Assembly: GCF_016433145.1 (NCBI RefSeq)
Contig: NC_058133.1
Span: 439,149,854-439,213,853, forward strand
Direction of reading: 5' to 3'
DNA length: 64,000 nt
DNA from: Gracilinanus agilis
Lineage: Eukaryota
Below are positions 24,568-37,100 of the stretch, one piece after another. Position numbers and translations under genes: made by a program. Under the pieces are notes generated by a model that did no database searches, was not told the origin of the DNA, and saw only the letters and a list, made by a program, of their open reading frames with translations. How positions within the stretch are numbered: position 1 is the first letter of the stretch; each line of letters starts with the position of its first letter.

Positions 24568-25825
24568 AGAATAGATCTATTTTTAAGAGATTTGTTTTCA
24601 TAGGTGTTTGATAGTGAACAATCAGATTTGGACTCTATTGCCTCAGTAATCTGTCTGCTAAAAACTAAGTTGGAAAAACAGCTAACTTGGACAAATAAAT
24701 GAAAAATGAATACATGATTAAGATTGATTTTCACGATGTTTCATGGGTGGAATGATAACTTAAAACTAAAAAGATGTACCAAAAGACATCAGCAACTGTT
24801 AAGTCTGCCTTTCAGCTCTTAAAATTTTTATCGGGAGGATCTATGTGCATGATGAAAGCAGCGGAAGGAATAATCACTTTTACTTAGTTTTCTATAGAAG
24901 AAACCACTTATATGATCTCACAACTGACTGAAAAGAATATAAAATCTCACCAAGTTTATTTTTAAAGATCATTTGTATAAAAATGAATCTTTGAAAGCTT
25001 TCTTCAAAATGTATTCTCATATATATTAAAATCTAGAACAAATGCAACTGTAGAAATAACTTTAACAGTTTGCTGATTATCAACATGAATGGTAGTATAA
25101 AACAGAAGATACATGCTTTCCTACAGTGTTGATTATTATCACAGATAATGTCCTGTTCAGAGTACAAACAAAAGAATTTTTGTTGGCAAAGTGTTCCAAA
25201 TATTTCCATTTGTGTACCTTTGATAATATAATACTAGTTACATCTAACACAAGAATAACCCTTCTCAGTGAAATTCTTCAATAATGTGAAAAAGACTGAT
25301 CTAATATATATATGCATAAAAATAAAAGGACTTAAAAATACTTTTCCAGACCATTATTATATGGAGCTTGAAAGGAAGCATCTTTAGTTAGTCTGTCAAT
25401 TTATATATTTGAATACAATAATTTCTGATATTTTTCTTAGTCTCTTCTGCTGTTGGAATGTTCTTCCTCATTTCTAATTTTTAGATTTTGTTAAACATTT
25501 CTCAATTAAATTTTAATCTGATTTGGACCCCACTTGGGAGTTTTGCTGCCCAATTACACCAGCTATTCCACTGTTAATCATTTGTAGATTGTGAAAAAGC
25601 ATTTGACTTAAAAGCCAAAATGCCACATGAAAGGCTCTCTCTTTTCTTTTTTTATCAACTTTTAATTATGTCATGTTGTTCTCATAAGTATGATAAATAA
25701 ATCTGGCATGAATAATAACATTATTTTTTAATTTTATAAATTAGAAATAATTGTAAAAAATCCTAAAATAATTATAGTTCATGGTGCTTTTGAATAATAA
25801 ATATATCTTTCTTTCCTCTTTCTCT

Positions 25826-25882
25826 CCCTTCCTTCCTTCCTTCCTTCCTTCCTTCCTTCCTTCCTTCCTTCCTTCCTTCCTT
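25826..25882. repeat. (CCTT)n microsatellite
   Basis: Direct reading. Confidence 0.95.
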
Positions 25883-25932
25883 CAAAAGGCTCTCTTTTAG
25901 TAAGGAATGAATCATTAAAAATTTGTTCAGTA

Positions 25933-26129
25933 GGGGGCAGCTGGGTAGTTCTATGGATTGAGAGCCAGGTCTAGAGACAGGAGGTCCTAGGTTCAAATCT
26001 GGCCTCAGACACTTCCCAGCTGTGTGACCCTGGGCAAGTCACTTGACCCCCATTGCCTACCCTTACCACTCTTCTGCCTTGGAGCCAATACACAGTAAGG
26101 GTTTAAAGGAAGGTAAGGGTTTAAAAAAA
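25933..26129 (+). mobile_element. SINE1_Mdo-like SINE
   Basis: Full head and tail, with a short duplication of gtaagggttt in the tail. Confidence 0.9.
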
Positions 26130-26774
26130 TGTTCAGCAGAATCATTAAAAATTTGTTGAAAAATGAAACAACAAAGATATCCTTATTTAGTGATCATAAA
26201 CAAATTGAGGCATGAAGCAGGGAGATGTATACTCACCAGAAGTATTTGCCACTATTATGGGAATATCCAACAGTCTCAAGTTAAAGTGGGGATTCCTAAT
26301 GGATGATAATGTCTTCAGTATACTTCTCTGGGTGGATAACAGCTTGTTGGTTACAATAAGATCTTATAACCAGTCAAAAGCATTTGGTATAACCAACCAT
26401 GCAGGAAAGAACAAATAGATAATGTCTTCTGCCTGGATTATGGCACAGAATTGAATTTTTATTCAATATTCAGTGGTATTGGCCTATCAGTTCTAAATAT
26501 AGAGCATACAAGTAGATGAATTGGGCCCAGAATTAAACAGGAAAAAGTAAACAGATTGAATTGCCTTTGGGAAATTATGAAACTCTGTTAAGCTTCACCC
26601 AGAAACAAAGGCTTATATTTTTAATACCAATATTCTATTAGTGTTGCTGGGGTTGTAAGATATGGAGCACAAAAATTTATGAAGAACTGGAAAATGAATT
26701 ATCACAGAGATAATGTGGAATGCTTATAGGAGGTGCAAACAAATTTCAACATATAGCCAATGAGAAATGTTGAA

Positions 26775-27750
26775 GAATAGAAGTAAAATACTTACTCAAG
26801 TGAACAGAAAAAAACCCTGAAAAGACCTACATAAACTGATGCAAAGTGAAATGAGCAGAAACAGGAGGCTGTTGTATACAGTAACAGCAATAATGTATGA
26901 TGATCGATAGTGATTGACTTTTTTATCAACAATGCTAGGATCCAAGACAACTCCAAGGGACTCATGATGAAAATAGGCTATCTACCACCAAAGAAGGAAC
27001 TGATGATGTCTGAATGCTGATTGAAGTATACTATTTTTTGCATTTTTTTTAATTAGTTTTTTCTAATATAAGTATATGTGTCTTTCACAACATGACAAAC
27101 ATGGGGATGCATATTGCCTGATAACACATGTATAACCTATATCAGTGATGGCAAACCTATGGCACAGGTGCCAAAGATAGGACGCAGAGGGCTCATTGTG
27201 GGCACTTGGCCACCCTTCCTCCCTACCCCCAGAGTTGGTTCCTAGAAGGGCAGAGGGACTCGGACAGAGCTGCTCTCCTCCTCTCCACTGCTCCTGATGA
27301 CATTGTTTCACAGCCCCCGCCCCCAGGTCCAGCAGTCCAATGGGAGCACAAGAGGAATAAGGTTGGTGGCTCACAGGCGGCAGAACTGGAGGGGAACAAA
27401 GTGCTCAGGCCTCTCCCCTCCCCCCTCCATGGGCACCTGAGGACATTCCTCATTTCACCCGCCCCTCTACCCAGCAGCCCAATGGGAGTGCTTCTTCCCC
27501 CCTCTGTATGGAGTGAGGGGGGTTAGGGCATACCCAGCATGTGGTAGGGGGAGGGGCATGGCATGCTGTTTCTAGGGAGGGGTTACTGGGAGGGTTGGGG
27601 CGGGGGTAGGGCCCAGCACTTTGTCTCTATAAGGTTCGTCAACACTGACCTACATTATATTGCCTGCCATTTTGGAGAGGGAGGGAGGGGGAGAATATGG
27701 ATTACAAAATGTCAGAAAACGATTATTTAAAATTGTATCTACATGAAACA
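26775..27750 (+). mobile_element. Marsupial L1 3' end split by a hAT element
   Basis: gatgcaaagtgaaatgagcagaa...acaatgctaggatccaagacaactccaagggactcatgatg; continues after 27647 with ggagagggagggagggggagaa. Confidence 0.8.
27143..27647. mobile_element. 505 bp non-autonomous hAT element (same family as 7690)
   Basis: TIRs cagtgatggcaaacct and aggttcgtcaacactg; TSD acctatat / acctacat (7/8). Confidence 0.9.
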
Positions 27751-29881
27751 AACAAACAAAATATACCTTCAGGGAATTATATGCTAAGCAACAAAGGTGA
27801 ATTATATGGAGAGGGCAAAAGATAACAGACAGCATGAATTCTTCACCAGAAATCTTTGATATCAAAGAAAAGGGAGGAAGTTATTTGGCCTCCTTGCCAA
27901 AATTCTGAGAAAATGAAATTGAATCACACAGTATGGGCAGGCTTGGATGAGAATTCATCTCTGCATTGTTTTTGGAAAGAACGTCTAAATTAAGACCACA
28001 CACTCACCTGCTTGAATGTTAATCTGTGCTCTAAACTTGATTTCCCCTCCACCACCACCCCCTTCTGTTAGTGTAGGACTTCATTCTTTTCCGACGTTAT
28101 TTACATGCAGACAAATAATTTAACACTGAATTTGCCTCTCAATAGTAGTAATATTACATTTATATACTACCTTAAGGTTTGCATTGCATTTTCCTTAGGT
28201 TATGTCATTTGACATACACTTCTTAGAATATTGCTTTGACTGTATTCTATAGATTTTTATAATGTGGTATCATATCCTTAATGTAATCCATAATTGTTTT
28301 TATATTTCTTTCTTCCAAGGAATAATGTTACTTTTTTAGGTTCTATATAAGGCTACTTCTTTTTTTCATTCTAGCTTTATTGCATTATGAGCCTTAAATA
28401 TAGCATACAAAATTCCTTCTTTATTTATCTGTATTTTCCTTGTATTCTATCTACCACATGCTCAGATAGGTTTTATGTGTTTGAAAATTAATATTTTTTG
28501 TTTTTCCCATTATCACTATATATCTGTTAGAACTAGCATATGTACATTTTTTAGTTTCCTAAGTAATTTCTTTATCTTTTTATTAAATTTATTTATCTTG
28601 ATAGTTTTACTATTAAAATTTTTTAGTGATTATAAATTCTGGAGGCTTTTTCTTTATGATCTTTGAATTTAGGTAATATGGTACAGAATTAGGTAATATG
28701 AATATGTGTGTATGTGTTTTTAAATTTATATAGTGCCATTTAAAATATAACTTTATTAATGGCCTTATTTATCATGTTGCTTTCAAGTTTAAATTTTATT
28801 TTTGTCCCATATTATTAACCCCTTGATTTTTTTTTTTTTGCATCCTGAATTGCTTACTCCCATACCCTCTGTCTATGTATACTCCTTTCTAATTGCTCCG
28901 ATGATAAAAATTTTGAGTTACAAATGAAATCTGTCCATATAGGAATATTAACAGTAAAACTTTATTGAATCCCTTACATTTTCTCTTTCTTGTTTACCTC
29001 TTTGTGTTTCTCTGAAGCCTTATATTTGGACATTAAATTTTCTGTATAATTCTGGTCCTTTCATCAGGAATGCTTAGCAATCTATTTTATTAAATGGCCA
29101 TTTTTACCCCTGAAAAAAATATATTCAAGTTTTGCTGAGTAGGTGATTCATGGTTGCAAACCTAGTTCCTTTGACTTCTGGAATATCATATTCCAAGCCT
29201 TTTGATCTTTTAATATAGAAGCTGCAAAATTCTGTATAATTCTGACTGTGGCTCCATGACATTTGAATTATTTTTTTTGACTCCTGATAGTATTTTCTCC
29301 TTGGCCTGGGAGCTCTTGAATCTGGAGGTAGCCAGTGGATTCTTTAAATTTCTATTTTACCCTCTTGTTCAAAAATGTTAGGGCAGTTTTCTTTGAAAAT
29401 TTCTTATTATATATAGGCTTTTTTTTTTATCATGACTTTCAGGTAGTCTAGTAATTCTTAGATTGTCTCTCCTGGATCTATTTTCCAGGATATTTGTTTT
29501 TTCAGTGAGATGTTTCATATTTTCTTCTATTTTTTTTCATTTTTTTCATTTTGTTTTATTGTTTCTTGATGTCTCATGAAGTCACTAGCTTCTATTTGCC
29601 CAATTCTAATTTTTGAGGAATTATGTTCTTCTGTGAGCTTTTGAGCTTTCTTTTCCATTTGACCAATTCTGCTTTTTTAAAAATTTTTTTCTTTTTGCAT
29701 TCATTTCTCTTACCCATTTTTCTTCTGCCTCTCTTGATTTTTAATTCCTTTTTGAGTTCTTCCAGAACTTGAGGCCAATTCCCATTTTTCTTTGAAGTTT
29801 TGCATATGGCTGCTTTGATCTCACTCTCCCCTTCTGCACCTGTGCCTTGCTCTTCTTTGTCTCCATAATAATTTTCCATAG

Positions 29882-31018
29882 TGTTGGGTAAGGGTTAAAA
29901 ATGAAGGTTGGATTAAATGTAAGAGAAATATGGTCACCGAAATTAATATAGCTCAAGTCAAATGACTTTTTAGCAGTATTTATTTATAAAATTGAGGGAA
30001 AGAATAAAGTAGAAAAATGAGAGAGAGGGTAGAGAAAGTATCTATCCTATCACACTAAATAACTACTCCAGCCCAGTTCAAATCAGTCAGGGCTCATTAA
30101 CTCTCCACCAGAGGATCATGGGTAATAGGGGCCAGTAATGAATAAAGCAAGGATTCCAGCCATGAGGCCTCCTCCAAGACAGAGGCCTCTCTGGAAGCTA
30201 GTCCCTTCAGGAGCTAAGAAAGGAGTCAGCCCTTTTTACTCACCCACATGGTAGTCCAAAGAGAAGATCCAAGAGCAGTCTTACCAGAAGCAGACCGAGG
30301 TCCCAAACTGGAGCTCCTCCAAGGCCAAGTTTGAAGGAGAAAGAGCCGGTCACAGGAAGTTGCAACTATTTTTAAAGACTCTTCTTTGGGTCACTTCCTG
30401 TGCCTTCCTTCCACTTTATGTGAACCAATTGCAGTTTTAGAATTTTCTTAGGCCTGCCTAGGGGGCAGTCAGTCATTTCTGAGTTGTCACCCACTTTAGC
30501 ATGTGGGTTGCGGATCTCCCCTCACTTAAGGAAATGTGGGGGTGTATACATTTCTGGTCATTAAATCTAAAAGTGGGCAGGGGAAGAGTTAATCCCATCC
30601 TTGCAATCTCCCCTGTGATCCTTTGGGAGACCCCAATGGATCATTTGACATCATCTTGTACCCCTAAAAATCTTCTAGTTACAGGTGCATACAATATTGC
30701 ACTTTCTCAGAGGAAAATACAATAGTTAGAGATAAGAGGGAAATAGAAGAGAGAGAAAGCAAAAGCAGTGTTTGCTGGGCACATTGACAAAAAGCCAATT
30801 AGGGAGCAGTTCACCTTGGCATAAAAGTTTACATTCAAAATAACTGTTCAACCCCCTTCAGTTCAAACAATTGTATCCCAAAGTTCATTCTGGATCTTCT
30901 TGGTGCAGTATAGGTTTCTGCAGGCATTTTCTCCAAATAGTTCATTTTCTGAATTCAAGGAGTTAGCAAGCTTCTTTCCCTGAAATTTTTCTCAAACAAA
31001 TTTTAAATAGTAGATACA
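29882..31018 (-). mobile_element. Long ERV LTR-like element
   Basis: Starts TGTTGGG, ends ...tagataCA; minus-strand AATAAA near 29978; interrupts L1 ORF1. Confidence 0.65.
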
Positions 31019-31020
31019 GT

Positions 31021-32181
31021 TGTAAAGGTTATCAACCTTTATTGATTATTGGTATTGGTATGGGTATTACCAATAGTTGTCGCTGGTGTGGACAAACTCT
31101 TGATGTTGACCTTTGAAGAAAATGGCTTCTCAAGCAGCTAAAAGAAAACTCCTACTTAGGCCAGTTATATTAAACTATTTATTATAATTATTGTATTTTT
31201 ATTATTGTATAATAAAGGAAATTAAAAGGAAAGTAGGTATTGATAAGGGATTCCTTAATAACTAATCTACATAAATTTCCCACCAACCTTTCCCTCACGG
31301 AATGCTTCACGATTACCAAATGGCAATCCTCCTTATGCTACACTATTTACCTATGTCCAAAATGTGTAAACTTAACTTAAAAAGATTTCCTAAACTTCCT
31401 TTCCCTTTGGCCAAAGACCAACTCTCTTAGTTTGAGACACAAGCTGTTCCTCCCAGCAGCTTCTCTCTGGCGGCCCCCAGAGGAGTTCTGAGGAGCTACT
31501 CAGCTCTCCTGCTCTCTGCTCCAGTTTTCTAACTCTTTCAGGTTCGAGATGTTACAAATCTTTCATGAGTCTTCAAGGTTGATCAGCAAGAAAGCCAGGA
31601 ACCACCAACCTCAGTCTCTCTCTCAGAAGAAGTGGCGGGGGGNNNNNNNNNNNNNNNNNNNNNNNNNNNNNNNNNNNNNNNNNNNNNNNNNNNNNNNNNN
31701 NNNNNNNNNNNNNNNNNNNNNNNNNNNNNNNNNNNNNNNNNNNNNNNNNNNNNNNNNNNNNNNNNNNNNNNNNNNNNNNNNNNNNNNNNNNNNNNNNNNN
31801 NNNNNNNNNNNNNNNNNNNNNNNNNNNNNNNNNNNNNNNNNNNNNNNNNNNNNNNNNNNNNNNNNNNNNNNNNNNNNNNNNNNNNNNNNNNNNNNNNNNN
31901 NNNNNNNNNNNNNNNNNNNNNNNNNNNNNNNNNNNNNNNNNNNNNNNNNNNNNNNNNNNNNNNNNNNNNNNNNNNNNNNNNNNNNNNNNNNNNNGGGGGG
32001 GGTCAGTTCCTTCAATGGACACCCTCAAGACACACTCCAAAATTCTCTATCTCTGACCTCATCAAGGTTCTATGGCCAATCTTAAAGTACCCTAGGAAAT
32101 CTCCAATCACTTTTATAATCCTTACCTCTGACTATACTCCATTCTTAATTCAGCTAATTACTCATTACAATTATCATTACA
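31021..32181 (-). mobile_element. Second ERV LTR-like element, spanning an assembly gap
   Basis: Starts TGTAAAGG, ends tcattaCA; minus-strand AATAAA near 31177; L1 resumes at ~32185. Confidence 0.65.
31643..31994. other. Assembly gap (352 N) between two G runs
   Basis: Direct reading. Confidence 0.99.
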
Positions 32182-33039
32182 ATTGTTAGGTGTGTTTTTT
32201 GCTGTTTGCTCATTTTAATAGTCTTTTTTTCCTTTTTTTGGATTTTTTGCTTTTATCTTAAAGATGGGTTCTGTGCTCAAAGAACAAACTCGTAAATTTC
32301 AGTTTTTCCTTGCATCTACCCTCCACTCTAGTTCTGGTTTCTCCAAGTTTCAGTTCTCCCAAGGTGGTATGATGACCTGTGGGCTGGAAGTTCTACCTCC
32401 CACTGCTGATTCAGTCTCCTCTAGGGACTGCTGATGGCTTGCAGGGCTCAGAATCTTGTGCTGGGGCTCAGGGTTCACCTCAAGCCTGGACAGGAGCTCT
32501 GGACCTCACTCTGGGCTTACAAGGGCAGGAGCACTGCAGAATGCCTTGCCCTGTGGTCTGGAGCTTCAGTCAGGTTTGGGCAGGGCTCTGGGCCCTCCCT
32601 TAGGCCTAAACAGGCCAGGTGCTGCAGATGGCTTTGCACTAACTAGGGCTTGAGGCCACACTTCAGGTTTACTAGGCCAGGAAACTTTAAGGACTGGGTG
32701 TGGGGCCCTCTACTGTGGGCTGAGGCAGGGTCTTGGGATCTTGAAGTTGCCTCGTGCACGGGTTTGGAAGCGAGAGTGGTAGATGAGGGATAGGCAGCGT
32801 GTACTCCTTGGTGCCCAGCTTCACTTCTGTCTCCCCTCTCTATCTACCTTTCAGGTTGTTTTCTGCAGGAGAGTTACTTCACCCCATCTCATTGTTGTTT
32901 ATGACACAATTCCTTTTGAGGTGCTATTTTAAGCTTAGTTCAAGAGGATTCTCAGAGGGGTTTTGGCTTTCTGTGCTACTACTCTGCCATCTAGGCTCTA
33001 TACCCCACCCCACCCTGCCCCTATATTATTGAGATTAGA

Positions 33040-33240
33040 AAGCTGTCCTTGGAGCCAGGGAGACCTAAATTCGAGTCTTTCCTTTGCCACATACCAGCTA
33101 TGTGGCCCTGGAAAAATCATTTAGTGCTCTGGGCAACTCTCTAACACTCTTAAGTGACTTGGGAAAATGCTGACCTTCATGGGTAGGGGGATTTTCTTCA
33201 TTTAGGATTTCCCTGTATCAATGAAATCACAGATCCATTG
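33040..33240 (+). mobile_element. Marsupial CORE-SINE (MdoRep1/Mar3-like)
   Basis: tgtggccctggaaaaatcattt...gggcaactctctaa...ccctgtatcaatgaaatcacagatcc; related copies at ~52400-52720 (+) and ~56390-56565 (-). Confidence 0.55.
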
Positions 33241-33713
33241 TTTGTCCCTGTTCTACTTAGTGAAAAAGAATACAGACTTTAAAAAAAAATTAGCATTATT
33301 ATTAACCCAGACTTATTGACTGTGCTAAACACAATTCTTTTCTCTCATACTAGTTATTCGGTAGATTCCTTTAACAAAGTAGAAGCTTCACAATTTATGG
33401 TAATAAAATTATCACTCTAAAAGCAATAGAGGATTATTTTCAAAAACACAAAATAGTAAAATTAAGAAAGCAAGAAATTGATAACTAAAAAAAATCAATT
33501 GTAAAAGGCAAAACTCCATGGCTTTTTACACCCTGTAAAACAAATAGATAATGTACCTAGTTGATTTAATAGAATCTACATAGGCTTAATATGTAGGCTT
33601 GATATGAAAAATAATCACTATAATTGTGTAAGCAAGAAATATAATAAAAAGGATGTAATCACTATGTGCAATGAAAATATTTAATAAAATCCATCATTAA
33701 AATATATCAATAT

Positions 33714-33912
33714 GGGGGGTAGCTGGGTTGCTCAGTGGATTGAGAGCCCGGCCTAGAGACAGGAGGTCCTAGGTTCAAATCTAGCCTCAGACACTTCCCA
33801 GCTGTGTAACCCTGGGCAAGTCACTTGACCCCCATTGCCTATCCCTTACCACTCTTCTGCCTTGGAGCCAATACATGGTATTGACTCCAAGACGGAAGGT
33901 AAGGGTTTAAAA
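33714..33912 (+). mobile_element. SINE1_Mdo-like SINE
   Basis: Near-consensus head and hairpin tail. Confidence 0.9.
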
Positions 33913-34479
33913 AATATATATATGTTTCATTAAGGTGAAATTATGTATTTCAACCTACCAGCCAATATTATATATTATTGAGAAACACTAGAAACATTCC
34001 TAACAACAGAAGAACAAATATTAATGCAGATGAATCTTAAAAAAAACAAACCCTAGTGTTTATAAAGTGCTTTAAGGTTTCACCTTTGATCTTTATAGTG
34101 AAGTAGCTATTATATCATATGACTTCTTGTAACAACTCTTTGAGGTAGGTACTATTATTATCTCCATTTTATAGATGAAATCTAAGCAAACAGAGATTAG
34201 GAGACTTGGCCAGGGCCAAGACTAGGGTCTGAAGTAGGATTCAAACTCATCTTCTTTATTCACATCTCTAAAAACAGAGGTAAACAAGACTGCCCACTCT
34301 CACTCTGAAATAATCTTAGAAATCATAAAACAGCATAAAAAAGAATACCTTATTGATAATGAAATTAAAATATTTCTATTTGCTTGACATGATTATATAA
34401 CTAAAAAACTAACAGCAAAAAATCTGTTGAAATTAACTACTAAAGAAACAAGATATAAAATACTCATAAAAAGTTACCT

Positions 34480-36647
34480 CCTATCTTCTTTTTTCTATAT
34501 AGGGCAATACCATCTTCCTATATCTCAGACTCACAACCTGATTTTCGTCCTTAACTCTTTACTGCTTTTCATCCCTTAATCTGTTACCATGGCCTGTCCT
34601 TTTTACCTTTGCAACATCTCTCAAATATACTTCCTTCCCTTCCCTAACTGCTATTAATATAGTGCAGACCTTTTTTGCCTCATGCTAGGACTATTGCAGT
34701 TGGGGATTTGCCTGCCACAAATCTTTCTCTGCTCCAATCCATTCTTCATTCAGCCACCAAAGTGGCTAAAGTGCAGGTCCAACCATGTCAGTCCCCTATT
34801 CAAACTCTAGTGGTTCCCCATCAACTCCAGGTTTAAATACAAAATGCTCTTTTTGGCATTCAAAACCCTTCAAAACTTGCCCCTCCTACCTTTCCAGTCA
34901 TCTTACAAACCTTACACCATCAGCTTTTTTGATCCAGTGACACTGGCCTCCTGGCTATTCCATGAAGAGGACATTCCATCTCTTTAGCTATAGGTATTTT
35001 CTCTGGCTTCTCCCCACTGCATATAATGATCTCTTTTCTCTGCTCTGCCTACTGACTTCTCTAGCTTCTTTTAAATCCCAACTAAAATCCCATCCTTGAC
35101 AGGAAGCTTTCCCCAAGCCCTCTTGATTCCAGTGCCTTCCCTTTGTTCATTATTACTGTTTTTCCTGTACATAGCTTTCTTTGAATAGATTTGTATGCAT
35201 TTGTTCCTGGCACCCATGCTATTGTGAGCTCCTTGAGTGCAGAGACTGTCTTTTGCCTCTTTTTCTAACCTTAGCATAGTACCTGGAACATAATATACAC
35301 TTATTAAATTTATATCCATTAGTTGATTAATGAATGGAACAGAGTAGAAGACTCAAAAAAGAATCTAATATACAGAAAGCATTAGCATTTGACAAAATCA
35401 TGAACTAATACTGGCAAATGGAACCACTATTCAGTAAAAACTGGTAAGGACATCACATTACTATTTAGTAAAAACTAAATATGAACCCTGATCATAAACC
35501 ATATGCTAAAATAAACTAACTAGGTTAGTGATCTGAAAACTTTAAAAGGAGTAACATTTTTCGGCTTTGGAGAATGATATTTTTATCAAATAAATGGAAG
35601 AAATCGATGGAGACAATTAATGGATTTAATTTATTCTGGTAAATGTATTTTGTACAACAAACTATTATATCTAAAATTGAGGGGGGAAAGAATTGGGGGA
35701 AATATTTGTAGTAAGTATAGCAGGCACAGGCCTTCTCCATTCTTGCCTCCGCCTGCTCTCTTCTCACTTTACCCTTTTCAATCTGTCTTACCATCTCATT
35801 ACTCTCCTGTAATTATTCTCTACAAAGTTACCCTAGTGACCATTTTCTGTATCTTGATACTTTTTGGCCTCTCTTCAACAAATGACACAATATTAAGTAT
35901 CCTCTCCTAGATACTTTCTGATCTCTAAATTTTGATGATAGTCTTTGCTGTCCTCTTTCCTGTTTCACTGCTCCATCCCAGTCTCCTTTGCTGGATCATC
36001 AGACATATCCTGCCACCTAAATGTGGCTATGCCACAAGCCTCTGTCTTGGTCCCTTTTCTGTTCTCTCTCTCTGCACATCCTCTTGGTTACCTACTTAGC
36101 TCCCATGGGTTCAGTCGGCATTCCTGTGCTGTTGTCTCATTCATATATATATATATATGTCGATGTGGATAGATCACTCTTCATCTAATTGTAGCTATAT
36201 CTAGATCCATATTTTACACATCCATATCCTTATCCAGTCCTGCTCTCTTAATTTCGAGTCCCCTATTGTCAATTGCTTATTGAACTTTTCAAATGAGAAT
36301 GTACAAAAAAGAACCATAGCTAATAAGGTTTGAAACCACAGGCCATTCTCTGTTCCTCCTTCATGTTAATAAATTAGTTAAGTGTTTAGTGACTCTTTTC
36401 ACATTATCTCTGTTATCTACTTCCTATCCATTAATTTTTCTACCACTTTATTTCTAGCTCCTCTTCTCTTTTGCCTCTTCTATTGCAACAGCCTTTTCTA
36501 CCTGATCTCCCTTCTTTAAGTCTCTCCTGTCTCCTCTCCATTCTCCACATAGCTGTCAAGAGGATATTTCTAAATTGCGAATCTAAAAATGATAACTCTC
36601 CATACTGCTTAATAAGTGCAAGTGGCTCCTCATTGCCTCATTGGTTC

Positions 36648-36700
<53 letters not shown>

Positions 36701-37100
36701 AAGGCTCTTAATCCAGTTCTAGCCCACTTTTTTTCAGGATTATTTCATATTACTCCCTTTTACACACTCTATAATCAAGGCAGTCTGGCCTTCATGTTGT
36801 TTCTTATGGAACAACATTATATCTCCCATCTCTATGCCTTTCAACAGCTTGTAGGTACTCCTGGAATGCTCCCTTTTTACATTTGCCTCTTAGAATCTCT
36901 AGCTTCATTCAAAGCTCAGCTCAAGCACCATTTCCTACATGAAGTCATCCCCAATTTTCCCCTATCCCCAGCCTCCAATGCCTTTCCACCTTGATTATTG
37001 TGTATTTTTAATACAAATTATGTATGTACTTAACGATCTATATGTGGTCTCCCACTACTCTTTAAGGATAGAGGCTAATTCGTTTCAGTGTTTGGCCCTG
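34480..37100. mobile_element. L2 fragments (34480-35330 and 35740-37100)
   Basis: L2 3' motifs such as gtgagctccttgagtgcagagactgtc and cttagcatagtacctggaacataat; ccatgggttcagt. Confidence 0.7.
36650..36698. repeat. (TC)n microsatellite
   Basis: Direct reading. Confidence 0.95.

Larger units (their letters stand above)
24580..26800 (+). mobile_element. RTE LINE RT region, fragmented
   Basis: ORF 26212-26418 MKQGDVYSPEVFATIM...LLWVDN matches RTE RT motifs (KQGD.CSPK.F, LLFADD); upstream atctcacaactgactgaaa segment is also RTE-like. Confidence 0.75.
28800..33030 (-). mobile_element. L1 5'UTR plus ORF1 region, interrupted by an LTR block at 29882-32181
   Basis: ORF1-type minus-strand text (ctggaatatcatattccaagcc, ctcctggatctattttccagg); cf. 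ORF 29592-29879 MENYYGDKEEQ...WPQVLEELKKELK; GC-richer 5'UTR at 32300-33030. Confidence 0.85.

Noticed and set aside
25908-26157. 19 bp repeat gaatcattaaaaatttgtt on both sides of a SINE
   Set aside because: Explained by a SINE TSD overlapping a small pre-existing tandem duplication; not a separate element.
31549-32189. Long ORFs of 130-185 aa
   Set aside because: Artefacts of translating through the 352 N gap; the same applies to ORF 45358-45561.
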